DNA of 64,000 nucleotides from NCBI GenBank assembly GCA_963769025.1, contig CAVYKI010000003.1, positions 1,056,001 to 1,120,000 on the forward strand. Reading direction: 5' to 3'. The DNA is from an uncultured Verrucomicrobiae bacterium. Lineage in GTDB: Bacteria > Verrucomicrobiota > Verrucomicrobiia > Chthoniobacterales > Chthoniobacteraceae. How positions within the stretch are numbered: the first letter of the stretch is position 1; the number at the start of each line of letters is the position of its first letter. Positions 20,124 through 29,836 of the stretch are shown piece after piece. Under the pieces are notes generated by a model, which searched no databases, had not been told where the DNA came from, and saw nothing but the letters and a program-made list of their open reading frames with translations. The position numbers and the translations under genes were made by a program.

Positions 20124-20328
20124 CGAACAACATGGCTTCCGCCCATTTTCACGCAACGCTTCGGATCGGGTGGGGTGGTTCTTCACACACGCCGTTCAGC
20201 GGGGAACCCGCATGCAGCCTGCGTGGAACGTCCGTCGCCGGAGTTCTTCACACTCTTATTATGAATAAGGATCTGCGACGGGATTTAAAACAGTACCGAT
20301 CAAGGTGTGAACAACCCGTCACGACGGC

Positions 20329-21795
20329 ATGAAAACCCAGCACTACATCGCGGTCGATCTCGGCGCGGAAAGCGGGCGCGTGATGTTCGGAACCCTGGCC
20401 GAGGGGAAACTCACGCTCGAGGAAGTGCATCGTTTTCCAAACGGGCCGGTTCGCTTCCGACAAACGGTGCGCTGGGACGTGCTCGGGCTGTGGGAGGAGA
20501 TTAAGAAGGGCTTGAGAAAGGTCGCCGCGCGCAAGGTGGCGGTCGCGGGCATCAGCGTCGATTCGTGGGGCGTGGACTACGTGCTGATGAGCGGGAGCGA
20601 TCCGCTGCTGCGGACGCCGTTCTGCTATCGCGACGAGAGGTCGAGAAAGCCGTTTTCAGAACTCGCCGGGACGAACAGCGCGGAGATCTACCGGGAGACG
20701 GGCGTGCAATTCATCGAGATGAACACGCTGTGGCAGTTGCTCGCGGAGAAGGAGAACGTCTCCGGGCTCTTCGGGCTGGCCGACAGTTTCCTGATGATCG
20801 GCGACTGGTTTCATTTTCTCCTCGCGAATCGCATCGCACAGGAGGAGAGCAACGCCAGCACGACGCAGCTCTGGAATCCCGTTCAGCGCGCGTGGAGCTC
20901 GAAGTTGATCGACCTTTTCGGGCTGCCACGTCGCATTTTTCCGGCCGTGGTCGCGCCGTGCACGCAGCTAGGGACATTGACGCCGGAATTGCAGGAGGAG
21001 ACCGGTTTGGGGGCGATCGAGGTGGTGGCCGGCTGTGTGCATGATACGGCCGCCGCAGTCGCCGCGATCCCGGCGGAGGGAAAAGGATGGGCCTTCCTGA
21101 GCAGCGGCACATGGTCGCTCCTCGGGATGGAGCTGCCGGCCCCGCTGATCAGCGACGCCGGACGGGCCGCGAACTTTACCAATGAAACCGGTGTCGGCGG
21201 GACGTCGCGCTTTCTCCGAAATGCGAGCGGACTGTGGATCCTGCAGGAGTGTCGCCGGCTCTGGGCGCGGGACGGGCAGGAGTTCGACTATTCCGAACTG
21301 ACGGCGCTCGCCGCCGCCGCCGAGCCGTTCCGGTCGCTGGTGAATCCGACCGACACTGCGTTCCTGCGGCCGGACAACATGCTCACGGCGGTCCGCGACT
21401 TTTGCCGGGCGAGCGGGCAGCCGCATCCGGAGACGCCCGGGCAGTTCGCAAGGTGCGCGCTGGAGAGCCTGGCGGCCCTTTATGCCCGTCTGCTGGAGCA
21501 AATGGAGGCCGTGACCGGGCAGCGGGTGCAAACGCTCCACATCGTCGGCGGAGGCAGCAGGAACGCGCTGCTGAACCAGATGACCGCCGATTCCATCAAT
21601 CGCACGGTGGTCGCCGGGCCGGTCGAGGCGACGGCGATCGGCAACGTGCTCCTGCAGGCGCTCACGCTCGGGCACATCGCCAGCCATGCGGAGCTGCGGC
21701 GGATCGTGAAGGAGTCATTCCCCGTGGAAGTCTTCAACCCACGCACCGCCGACCGGTGGAGCGAGGTACACGGGCGCTTCGCGAAGCTGGTTTGA
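20329..21795 (+). CDS. rhaB: Rhamnulokinase-like FGGY carbohydrate kinase
   Basis: AVDLGAESGR, DSWGVDY, HDTA, LSSGTWSL, GPVEATAIGN; substrate not established. Confidence 0.85.
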   Translation: MKTQHYIAVDLGAESGRVMFGTLAEGKLTLEEVHRFPNGPVRFRQTVRWDVLGLWEEIKKGLRKVAARKVAVAGISVDSWGVDYVLMSGSDPLLRTPFCYRDERSRKPFSELAGTNSAEIYRETGVQFIEMNTLWQLLAEKENVSGLFGLADSFLMIGDWFHFLLANRIAQEESNASTTQLWNPVQRAWSSKLIDLFGLPRRIFPAVVAPCTQLGTLTPELQEETGLGAIEVVAGCVHDTAAAVAAIPAEGKGWAFLSSGTWSLLGMELPAPLISDAGRAANFTNETGVGGTSRFLRNASGLWILQECRRLWARDGQEFDYSELTALAAAAEPFRSLVNPTDTAFLRPDNMLTAVRDFCRASGQPHPETPGQFARCALESLAALYARLLEQMEAVTGQRVQTLHIVGGGSRNALLNQMTADSINRTVVAGPVEATAIGNVLLQALTLGHIASHAELRRIVKESFPVEVFNPRTADRWSEVHGRFAKLV

Positions 21796-21975
21796 GGGCT
21801 TTTTGGACGGGCTGAAAGCAAGGAGTTCAAAAAACTTCCGTCCGCAGAGAGCGGTGCAACGCTCGCCGGGCGCGTGTATTACGAGGACAGCAGGAATGTC
21901 AGGCACACATAAACGAAGAAAGTTCTTGTCGCAAAGGCCGGAGTCCCTATTCTCGGCCTTGTTCTGGGGGGAACA

Positions 21976-22021
21976 GCGGCCCTCCGGTTGCCAATCGGCG
22001 CCGGGGGGCCGCACTTTTTTT
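21976..22021 (+). terminator. Intrinsic terminator
   Basis: GCGGCCCTCCGG...CCGGGGGGCCGC followed by ACTTTTTTT. Confidence 0.8.
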
Positions 22022-22100
22022 GCCATTAAAGGCCGCTGGCCGGCCCCGGGGCAGTTCGCGACTTCCCTTTCCCGCTGTTCTGTGGCTGGATCCCCTCGCC

Positions 22101-23018
22101 ATGAAACTCGGGTTCGTCTCCGCAATCCTCCCCGAGCTTTCGCTCGACCAAGTCCTGGCCTTCGCGAGCGCTGAGCGGTTTTCGTGCATCGAGGCGATGT
22201 GCTGGCCGTCCGGAAAGGCGGAACGGAAATACGCCGGGGTCACGCATGTGGACGTGGAAGGATTCACGAAAGCGCGCGCCGATGACGTCAACGCGCTCTG
22301 CGCACGTCACGGCGTGAGCCTCACGGCGCTCGGCTACTACCCGAATCCGCTCGATCCGGATCCCGTCGTCGCCCGGCGCAGCATATCGCATTTGAAAAAG
22401 GTCATCGTCGCCGCGGAGAAGCTCGGGTTGAAGACTGTGAACACCTTCACCGGCCGCGACTGGACGAAGAGCGTGGACGACAACTGGCCGCGCTTCCTGA
22501 AGACGTGGCGGCCGCTCATCGCCTACGCCGAGGATCACGGCATCAAGGTCGGCATCGAGAACTGCCCGATGTTCTTCACGCGCGACGAATGGCCCGGCGG
22601 CAAAAATCTCATGACCACGCCGGTCATCTGGCGCCGCGCATTCAGCGACATTCCGTCGAAGAACTTCGGCCTCAACTACGACCCTTCGCATTTTGTCCTG
22701 CAGCAGATGGACCCGGCCAGCCCGTTGCGGGAATTCCAGTCGAAGCTCTTCCACCTTCACGCCAAGGACGTGAAGATGCGCCGCGACCGCATCAACGACA
22801 CGGGCATCTTCGCGCATCCGTTGGAGTGGCACCAGCCGCGCATCCCCGGCTACGGCGACATGGACTGGGGGAAATTCATGAGCGCGGTCATGGAGACGAC
22901 CTATCGCGGCCCCGTGTGCATCGAGGTCGAGGACGACACGTTTGGCAAAACGCTCCCCGGCCGGAAGCGCGCAATCCGGGTGGCGCGCGAGGTTTTGCTG
23001 CCTTATTTTCAAGCCTGA
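22101..23018 (+). CDS. Sugar-phosphate isomerase/epimerase (xylose-isomerase-like TIM barrel)
   Basis: GIENCPM, LNYDPSH, HLHAKD, CIEVED metal ligands. Confidence 0.88.
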   Translation: MKLGFVSAILPELSLDQVLAFASAERFSCIEAMCWPSGKAERKYAGVTHVDVEGFTKARADDVNALCARHGVSLTALGYYPNPLDPDPVVARRSISHLKKVIVAAEKLGLKTVNTFTGRDWTKSVDDNWPRFLKTWRPLIAYAEDHGIKVGIENCPMFFTRDEWPGGKNLMTTPVIWRRAFSDIPSKNFGLNYDPSHFVLQQMDPASPLREFQSKLFHLHAKDVKMRRDRINDTGIFAHPLEWHQPRIPGYGDMDWGKFMSAVMETTYRGPVCIEVEDDTFGKTLPGRKRAIRVAREVLLPYFQA

Positions 23019-23051
23019 GATCCCCGCCAACCTCAACCCACGAACAACCCC

Positions 23052-24563
23052 ATGAAAACGACGAAACTTCCCGCCTCCCGCCGTCCCGCGAAAGCCAGCG
23101 GAAACGGCAAATCCGCCTGGCTCGCCAAGACGCGCCGCATGCTCGTCAACGGCCAATGGGTCGCCGCCGCATCCGGCGAGACATTCCCCACATTCAATCC
23201 CGCGACCGGCGAGGTCATCTGCGACATCCCGTCGGGCGGCAAAACGGACATCGACCGTGCCGTGAAGGCCGCGCGTGCGGCGTTCGACGGGCCGTGGAGC
23301 AAGGTCACGCCGTCCGAGCGCGGACGCATGCTCTGGAAGCTCGCGGATCTGCTCGAGAAGAACCTCGAGGAATTCGCCGCGCTCGAGTCGCTCGACAACG
23401 GCAAGCCGCTCGCCGTCGCGCGTGTCGCCGACATGCCGCTGGCGGTGGATCTCTTCCGCTACATGGCCGGCTGGGCGACGAAAATCCACGGCCGCACCTT
23501 CCCGATCTCGAGGCCGGCCGGTCAGTTTTTCACCTACACGCAGCGCGAGCCGATCGGCGTCGTGGGGCAGATCATCCCGTGGAATTTCCCGCTGCTCATG
23601 GCCGCGTGGAAACTCGGCCCGGCGCTCGCCACGGGCTGCACCGTCGTGCTGAAGCCCGCCGAGCAGACGCCGCTCACCGCGCTGCGACTCGGCGAGCTGT
23701 TCCAGGAAGCCGGCTTCCCCGACGGCGTAGTGAACATCGTCACCGGCCTCGGTGAAACCGCCGGCGCCGCGCTCGCCGCGCATCCCGGCGTGGACAAGAT
23801 CGCATTCACCGGATCGACTGAGGTCGGCAAGCTCATCGTGAAGGCCGCCGCCCACGACCTGAAGAAAGTCTCCCTCGAGCTCGGCGGCAAATCGCCCAAC
23901 ATCGTGCTCGAAGACGCTGACCTGGAGACGGCGATCCCCGGAGCCGCCAGCGCGATCTTCTTCAACCACGGCCAGTGCTGCTGCGCCGGTTCGCGCCTGT
24001 ACGTGCACAAGAAGCACTTCGACAAGGTCGTCGAGGGTGTCTCCGCGGCTGCGAAGAAAATCAAGGTCGGCCCCGGCCACGCTCCCGATACCGACATGGG
24101 CCCGCTCGTTTCCGAAGAGCAGCTCAACCGCGTGATGGGCTACCTCCGCTCCGGCCAGAGCGAAGGCGCGAAGCCCGTCATCGGCGGCGGGCGGCACGGC
24201 GACCGCGGTTATTTCGTCCAGCCCACCGTGCTCGTGAATGCGAAGCCCGGCATGAAGGTCATGGACGAGGAAATCTTCGGCCCCGTCGTCTGCGCCGTGC
24301 CGTTCGCGGATGTTGAAGACGTCCTGGCCACCGCGAACGACAGCATCTACGGCCTCGCCGCCGCGGTCTGGACGAAGGACGTGACCAAGGCGCACCGCAT
24401 CGCCGCCGGACTCCGCGCCGGCACCGTCTGGGTGAACTGCTACAACATCTTCGACGCCTCGCTGCCCTTCGGAGGATACAAGCAATCCGGCTGGGGCCGC
24501 GAAATGGGCGAGGAAGTGCTGCACCTCTACACCGAGACAAAGGCCGTCTGCATCCGGGTGTGA
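23052..24563 (+). CDS. NAD-dependent aldehyde dehydrogenase
   Basis: IIPWNFP, FTGSTEVG, LELGGKSP, GQCCCAGSR, EEIFGPV. Confidence 0.95.
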   Translation: MKTTKLPASRRPAKASGNGKSAWLAKTRRMLVNGQWVAAASGETFPTFNPATGEVICDIPSGGKTDIDRAVKAARAAFDGPWSKVTPSERGRMLWKLADLLEKNLEEFAALESLDNGKPLAVARVADMPLAVDLFRYMAGWATKIHGRTFPISRPAGQFFTYTQREPIGVVGQIIPWNFPLLMAAWKLGPALATGCTVVLKPAEQTPLTALRLGELFQEAGFPDGVVNIVTGLGETAGAALAAHPGVDKIAFTGSTEVGKLIVKAAAHDLKKVSLELGGKSPNIVLEDADLETAIPGAASAIFFNHGQCCCAGSRLYVHKKHFDKVVEGVSAAAKKIKVGPGHAPDTDMGPLVSEEQLNRVMGYLRSGQSEGAKPVIGGGRHGDRGYFVQPTVLVNAKPGMKVMDEEIFGPVVCAVPFADVEDVLATANDSIYGLAAAVWTKDVTKAHRIAAGLRAGTVWVNCYNIFDASLPFGGYKQSGWGREMGEEVLHLYTETKAVCIRV

Positions 24564-24597
24564 CACGCGCGCCCATTTTCCGGTAAAGCGCTGCGCC

Positions 24598-25392
24598 ATG
24601 AAGTACACCTATGAGCAGCTCGCGAAGATGATCGACCACTCGCTCCTGCATCCGACCATGACGGATCAGGAGCTGGACGACGGCTGCCGGGTCGCCGCGC
24701 AGTACGGCGTGGCTTCCGTGTGCATCAAGCCCTACGCCGTGAAACGCGCCGCGGAGCTGCTGAAGGGCACCGGCGTCCTCGTCGGCGCGGTCATCGGATT
24801 CCCGCACGGCAACAGCGCCACGGAGAGCAAGCGCTACGAGACCGCGCTCGCGTGCAAGGACGGCGCCGCGGAAATCGACATGGTCATCAACATCGGCAAG
24901 GCCCTCGGCGGCGACTGGGACTACGTCGGGCGCGACATCCAGGCCGTCTGCGACGAGGCCCACGCGCATGGCGCGAAAGTGAAGGTCATCTTCGAAAACG
25001 ACTACCTCACCAAAGGAGGTGCGGGACTCGGCAGCGACGATTTCAAAATCAAACTCTGCCAGCTCAGCGAACGCGCCGGCGCGGATTGGGTGAAGACCAG
25101 CAGCGGCTATGGCTTCGTGAAGCAGCCCGACGGCAGCTACAACTACAAGGGCGCCACCGAGCACGACCTCGCCCTCATGCGAGCCAGCGTCCCGGAAAAA
25201 GTGCAGGTCAAGGCTGCGGGCGGCGTTCGCGATCTCGACGGCCTCATCAAGGTCCGCGACCTTGGCGCCACGCGCTGCGGAGCGACCGCCACCGCAGCGA
25301 TGATGGACGAGTACCGCCGCCGCGAAGCTGCGGAAAAAGCAGGAGCCACGCAATCCGCCACCGCGGGAAAGATCGGCAGCGGAGGATACTGA
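24598..25392 (+). CDS. deoC: Deoxyribose-phosphate aldolase
   Basis: IDHSLL, VIGFPHG, EIDMVIN, VKTSSG (Schiff-base Lys), VKAAGGVR. Confidence 0.9.
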   Translation: MKYTYEQLAKMIDHSLLHPTMTDQELDDGCRVAAQYGVASVCIKPYAVKRAAELLKGTGVLVGAVIGFPHGNSATESKRYETALACKDGAAEIDMVINIGKALGGDWDYVGRDIQAVCDEAHAHGAKVKVIFENDYLTKGGAGLGSDDFKIKLCQLSERAGADWVKTSSGYGFVKQPDGSYNYKGATEHDLALMRASVPEKVQVKAAGGVRDLDGLIKVRDLGATRCGATATAAMMDEYRRREAAEKAGATQSATAGKIGSGGY

Positions 25393-25458
25393 AGAGGCCT
25401 CGCTTCCGTCGCAGTGACACGGCTCCCGCGCGAGGTCGCTGCGCGGGAGTCGGGACGC

Positions 25459-26244
25459 CTACTTCACGTGCTTGCGCAGGAAGTCCACGATGGGCTTCGG
25501 GTCCTTGAGCGAGTGCGGGTGGTGGTTCACGCCGGGCTTGACGATGACTTCGATGGTGCCGCCCGCCGCGCGATATTTTTCCGCGAAGGGCTTCGTGTTT
25601 TCGTCGTAGGGCACCACGTCATCCGCATCGCCAACGACGGCGACGATCGGGATGCCGGCCTTCGCGAGCGCCTCGGCCTTGTCGAGCGGGTTGCCTTTGA
25701 AGTCCTTCGCGGTGTCCTCGGTGAGGCCGTAGATGTCGAGCGCCTGCTTCCAGCAGGTCGCGCTGCCTTTGCCCTTGCCTTTGCCGCCGGGCCACGAGCG
25801 GATGTCGAGCACGGGGGCGTCGAGGTAAAGTGCGGCCGTTTTGCCCGGATGTGCTGCCGCGAAATTCACGGCGTAGAGCCCCCCGCGGCTGAAGCCTTCG
25901 AGCACGGCGCGCTTCGAAAGGCCAAAAGAGCTGACGGCGCGCTCGTAAAACTCGTCCATGAGCGCGACGGACTTCGGGTCGCCATACATGTCGCTCACTT
26001 TGAAAAAGGCGACATGCCAGCCGGCATTCAGCAGCGCGATGTCGCCCTGCGGCTCGTGGCCGAAAAACTCCGTGCGCCAGATCCACGGCTTTCCGGGCGC
26101 GGCATTCGCGGGCTTCACGACGAGACCGGGCCGGCCATCGAGGGAGAAGTCGTGGCGGACAAATCCGTTCCACTGGGTGGGAGGCGGCGCATCCGCAGCG
26201 CGTGCGACGAGGGTGAATGCGAGGAGGATGAGGAGGTGGCGCAT
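25459..26244 (-). CDS. Exported alpha/beta hydrolase
   Basis: Signal peptide; GFSRGG nucleophile elbow, GDADDVVP, HHPH. Confidence 0.85.
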   Translation of the reverse strand: MRHLLILLAFTLVARAADAPPPTQWNGFVRHDFSLDGRPGLVVKPANAAPGKPWIWRTEFFGHEPQGDIALLNAGWHVAFFKVSDMYGDPKSVALMDEFYERAVSSFGLSKRAVLEGFSRGGLYAVNFAAAHPGKTAALYLDAPVLDIRSWPGGKGKGKGSATCWKQALDIYGLTEDTAKDFKGNPLDKAEALAKAGIPIVAVVGDADDVVPYDENTKPFAEKYRAAGGTIEVIVKPGVNHHPHSLKDPKPIVDFLRKHVK

Positions 26245-26273
26245 GGGGTGGGATTTTCTCAAAACGGAACCGC

Positions 26274-26897
26274 TCACGCTTCACGCGGATTTTGCAGGGC
26301 GGCGATTTTTTCCATGACGCGCTCGCTGAGGCGCTGGAAGACGATGCGCGGATCTCCGCCGGCGTCGGACTTGGTGAAGTGGATCGGCTCGCCGACGACG
26401 ATGGTCACGGGTCGGCTGCGGGGAAATTTTGCGCCTCGCGGGAAGGCGTCGAATGCGCCGAAGATGCGCATCGGCACGACGGGCGCGAGGGTCTTGGCGA
26501 TGATGAAACCCGCGCCAGGCTTTGCGGGTTGCAGGCCGCCGTCGCGGCTGCGCGTGCCTTCGGGGAAGACAATGGTGCAGCCGCCGTCGCGGAGCACGCG
26601 GATGACGGCCTTGAGCGCCGAGACGTCGGAGCCTTCGCGATCGACGCCGATGACGTTGAGGTGCCGGAGAATCGGGCCGACGATCGGAATGTCGAAGAGC
26701 GTCTTGCGCGCGAAGTAGTGGATCTCGCGCTTGCAGGAGATGCCGGCGAAGGGCGGGTCGAGGAAGCTCTGGTGGTTCATCGCGAGCAGCGCGGGGCCAT
26801 CCTCGATGATGTTATCCTGCCCGTACACGCGGAGGTCGAAGAACGACTGCGCGATGAATTTCGAGAGCTGGTAGCCGGCGGCGTAGGTGAAACCCAT
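26274..26897 (-). CDS. plsC: 1-acyl-sn-glycerol-3-phosphate acyltransferase
   Basis: NHQSFLD and FPEGTRS motifs. Confidence 0.9.
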   Translation of the reverse strand: MGFTYAAGYQLSKFIAQSFFDLRVYGQDNIIEDGPALLAMNHQSFLDPPFAGISCKREIHYFARKTLFDIPIVGPILRHLNVIGVDREGSDVSALKAVIRVLRDGGCTIVFPEGTRSRDGGLQPAKPGAGFIIAKTLAPVVPMRIFGAFDAFPRGAKFPRSRPVTIVVGEPIHFTKSDAGGDPRIVFQRLSERVMEKIAALQNPREA

Positions 26898-26912
26898 GGG
26901 CGCGCGCCTCGC

Positions 26913-27572
26913 TCAGATGCCTTCCGGCAGGGCGAGGTTCTTGAGTTTGAGCCTGCCGATGATTTCGCCCACGACGCCGTCGATGGTGAGGTGCGAGGAA
27001 TCCACGACATGCGCGTCTTCGGCGATGATGAGCGGGCTCATGGGCCGGGACGAATCCTGCCGGTCGCGGGCCTCGATGCGGTCGGCGACGCCCTGCTTCA
27101 GACGGCGGGCGGCGCGGACCTCGAGCGAGGCGTCGATGTAAAACTTGTACGGAGTCTCGGGGAAAACCGCGCTGCCGATGTCGCGGCCTTCCATCACGAC
27201 GTCGAAATCCGCAGCGGAGGCCCGCTGCATCGCGACGAGCGTCTGGCGGACTTCCGGGATGCTCGCGATGGAGGAGACACTGGCGTTCACCGCGGCATCG
27301 CTGAGGTGCGGCGTGGGATCCGTGCCATCGAGAAGGATGGTGCTTTCCCCATCGGCGAAACCGCACTCGATCCGCGTGGCTTCGAGGAGCGCGCGGACTG
27401 CGGCGGCGTCCGTCGGGGCGACGCCGCGCGAGACGGCGAGCCAGGTGACGGCGCGGTACATCGCGCCAGTGTTCACGTAGCGGTATCGCAGCCGGCGCGC
27501 GAGAGCGAGGGCGACGCTGCTTTTTCCACTGGCAGCGGGACCGTCGATGGCGATGACCACGTGCGGCGGCAT
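26913..27572 (-). CDS. cmk: Cytidylate kinase
   Basis: IAIDGPAASGKS, TGAMYRA, MEGRDIG. Confidence 0.93.
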   Translation of the reverse strand: MPPHVVIAIDGPAASGKSSVALALARRLRYRYVNTGAMYRAVTWLAVSRGVAPTDAAAVRALLEATRIECGFADGESTILLDGTDPTPHLSDAAVNASVSSIASIPEVRQTLVAMQRASAADFDVVMEGRDIGSAVFPETPYKFYIDASLEVRAARRLKQGVADRIEARDRQDSSRPMSPLIIAEDAHVVDSSHLTIDGVVGEIIGRLKLKNLALPEGI

Positions 27573-27574
27573 GG

Positions 27575-28903
27575 TCACACCGGGCGGAGCGAGGAAATCA
27601 CGGGGATCTCGGAACGCGTGGACTTCGCGAGCTTGCGGAGCGTTTCGTAAAAGCCCGGGTAGCTCGTGTTCACGCAGTCGGTGTCCTTGATGAGCGACTC
27701 GCCCTCCGCGAACAGCCCGAGGATGGCGAAGGCCATGGCGATGCGGTGGTCGCCGAAGCTCTCGACTTCCGCTCCCTGAAGCGTGGAGCCGCCTTCGATT
27801 TCCATTCCGTCCTCGCGTTCGTCCACCTGCACGCCGAATGCGCGGAGGTTCCGGGCGACTGCGGCGATGCGGTCGGTTTCCTTCACGCGCAGCTCGCGGG
27901 CGTCCTTGATGACGGTGCGGCCTTCCGCGAGCGCGGCGGCGACGGCGAGGATGGGCAGCTCGTCGATGACGTTCGGGATTTCCGAGCCGCCGATCGTGGT
28001 GGCGCGGAGCCGGGCGCCGCGGACTTCGACGGCGCCGACCGGTTCGCAGTCGGAGCTTTCGACGATCTCGCTCACATGCGCGCCCATGCGGATGAGCACG
28101 GCGAGCACGCCGGTGCGCGCGGGATTGAGGCCGACGTGCCGCACCATGAGATGCGAGCCGGGATGCGCCGCCGCGGCGACGAGCCAGAAGGCCGCGCTCG
28201 AAATGTCGCCGGGGACGGAGAAATCGCGGGACTCGAGGGTCTGGCTGCCGTGGACGGAAACGGTCAGGCCGTTTTTGCGCGGGCGCAGAAGGTGCCACGC
28301 GAGCATTCGTTCGGTGTGGTCGCGCGACTGCTCGGGCTCGGTGACTTTCGTCGTGCCTTTCGCAAAGAGCCCGGCGAGGAGCACGGCGCTTTTCACCTGG
28401 GCGCTGGCGACCGGCACGGTGTAGCTGATGGCCTTCAGCGGGCCGCCTTCGATGACGAGCGGCGCGCAGCCGCCGGCGCCCTCGGCGGTGATTTTCGCGC
28501 CCATCTGCGTGAGCGGATCGATCACGCGCCGCATGGGCCGCCGGCTCAGCGACGCGTCGCCGGTGAGGCGGCAGCGGAATGGCTGAGCGGCGAGGATGCC
28601 GCACAGGAGGCGCATCGTGGTTCCAGAGTTGCCGCAATCAATGTCCACGGCCGGTGGCGTGAACTGGCCGCGCCGGCCCTCGATGACGACGGTCGTTTCG
28701 TCGGGGCGCGTGATTTCGATGCCGAGCTGCTGGAAGGCCTTCATCGTCGAGAGGCAGTCCTCGCTCGGAAGGAAGCCGGTGACTTCGCCGCGACCGTTCG
28801 AAAGCGCGGCGAGCATGATGGCGCGATGCGAAATGCTTTTGTCGCCGGGAACGGTCAGTTCGGCGTGGATGCCGGAGGCGGGTTCGATTTTCCAGTCTGG
28901 CAT
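27575..28903 (-). CDS. aroA: 3-phosphoshikimate 1-carboxyvinyltransferase
   Basis: PGDKSISHR, GNSGTTMR, ASAQVKS, RDHTERML, ELRVKETDR, DHRIAM. Confidence 0.96.
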   Translation of the reverse strand: MPDWKIEPASGIHAELTVPGDKSISHRAIMLAALSNGRGEVTGFLPSEDCLSTMKAFQQLGIEITRPDETTVVIEGRRGQFTPPAVDIDCGNSGTTMRLLCGILAAQPFRCRLTGDASLSRRPMRRVIDPLTQMGAKITAEGAGGCAPLVIEGGPLKAISYTVPVASAQVKSAVLLAGLFAKGTTKVTEPEQSRDHTERMLAWHLLRPRKNGLTVSVHGSQTLESRDFSVPGDISSAAFWLVAAAAHPGSHLMVRHVGLNPARTGVLAVLIRMGAHVSEIVESSDCEPVGAVEVRGARLRATTIGGSEIPNVIDELPILAVAAALAEGRTVIKDARELRVKETDRIAAVARNLRAFGVQVDEREDGMEIEGGSTLQGAEVESFGDHRIAMAFAILGLFAEGESLIKDTDCVNTSYPGFYETLRKLAKSTRSEIPVISSLRPV

Positions 28904-28906
28904 TGT

Positions 28907-29758
28907 CTATTTTGGGAAAGTGATGCGGTCGCGTGTGGCCCGGGCGTTGGCGAGAAGGTCGAGGATGTCCTTCCCATCGCCGGAGCGCGCGAGGGTGTGG
29001 CGAAAATCAGCGAGCTTGGCAATCAAAGCGTCAATCGCGGGGAGCACCGCCGCGGCGTTTTCGCGGAGGATCTCGCGCCACATCGCGGGCGGGCCTCCGG
29101 CGACGCGGGTGGTGTCGCGGAAGCCCGGGCCGACCACGCGGAAGGCGTGCTCGTTCCGCTCCGCGACGGTATTCACCAAGGTCGCGGCGAGGAGATGCGG
29201 GAGATGGCTGACAAGGGCGACGCATTCGTCGTGCTCCGCCGCGGCGAGTTCGACGACACGGCAGCCGACGCTTTGCCAAAATGCGGATACTTCCGCGAGC
29301 GCCACGGCATCGCTGTCCGCCTCGGGGGTGACGATGCAGGTTGTTCCGTCAAAGAGGGTCGCGCTCGCGGCGGAGAGTCCGGTATTCGCGCTGCCCGCCA
29401 TCGGATGGCTGCCCACGAAATGCGCACGGTCCTGGAAAACCGGCCGCAGTCCGGCGAGCACGGGGCCTTTGACGCTGCCGACGTCGGTGACCACACAATC
29501 GCGCCGGAGATGCGGTGCGATGGCCTTGCCGAGTTCGGGCATCGCGCCGACGGGGACGCAAAGCACGACGAGATCCGCGTCTTTCACCGCAGCCGCGACA
29601 TCCCCGGTCGTAATGTCGGCGCAACCGGCGGCGACAATCTCCCGCACCGCCTCGGGCCGTCGCGCCCAGAGCGTCACGTGGTCCGCGCCGCCGCGGCGCA
29701 ACGCGAACGCGATGGAACCGCCGATGAGGCCGGGTCCGAGGATTGTGATGCGTTTCAT
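28907..29758 (-). CDS. tyrA: Prephenate/arogenate dehydrogenase
   Basis: GPGLIGGS, TDVGSVK, HPMAG, SHLPH, FRDTTRVA. Confidence 0.92.
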   Translation of the reverse strand: MKRITILGPGLIGGSIAFALRRGGADHVTLWARRPEAVREIVAAGCADITTGDVAAAVKDADLVVLCVPVGAMPELGKAIAPHLRRDCVVTDVGSVKGPVLAGLRPVFQDRAHFVGSHPMAGSANTGLSAASATLFDGTTCIVTPEADSDAVALAEVSAFWQSVGCRVVELAAAEHDECVALVSHLPHLLAATLVNTVAERNEHAFRVVGPGFRDTTRVAGGPPAMWREILRENAAAVLPAIDALIAKLADFRHTLARSGDGKDILDLLANARATRDRITFPK

Positions 29759-29761
29759 CCG

Positions 29762-29804
29762 AAAAAAGACCCCGGCTTGCGGTGCAAAACCGACAAGCCG
29801 GGGG
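29762..29804 (-). terminator. Probable intrinsic terminator of the upstream lipoprotein gene
   Basis: CCCCGGCTTG...CAAGCCGGGG stem followed by a T6 tract on the minus strand. Confidence 0.65.
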
Positions 29805-29836
29805 CGGGAATCAAAGGTTCGAAGCTGCGTTACGGC

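Noticed and set aside
23052..24563. This ALDH as the GriD-like partner of the 40437 protein
   Set aside because: It is a canonical ALDH 16 kb away, embedded in a sugar cluster next to deoC.
25423..25462. Third GTAG REP family at the hydrolase stop
   Set aside because: A hairpin (CTCCCGCGC/GCGCGGGAG) is present but only one copy is seen; the GTAG may simply be the stop-codon context.
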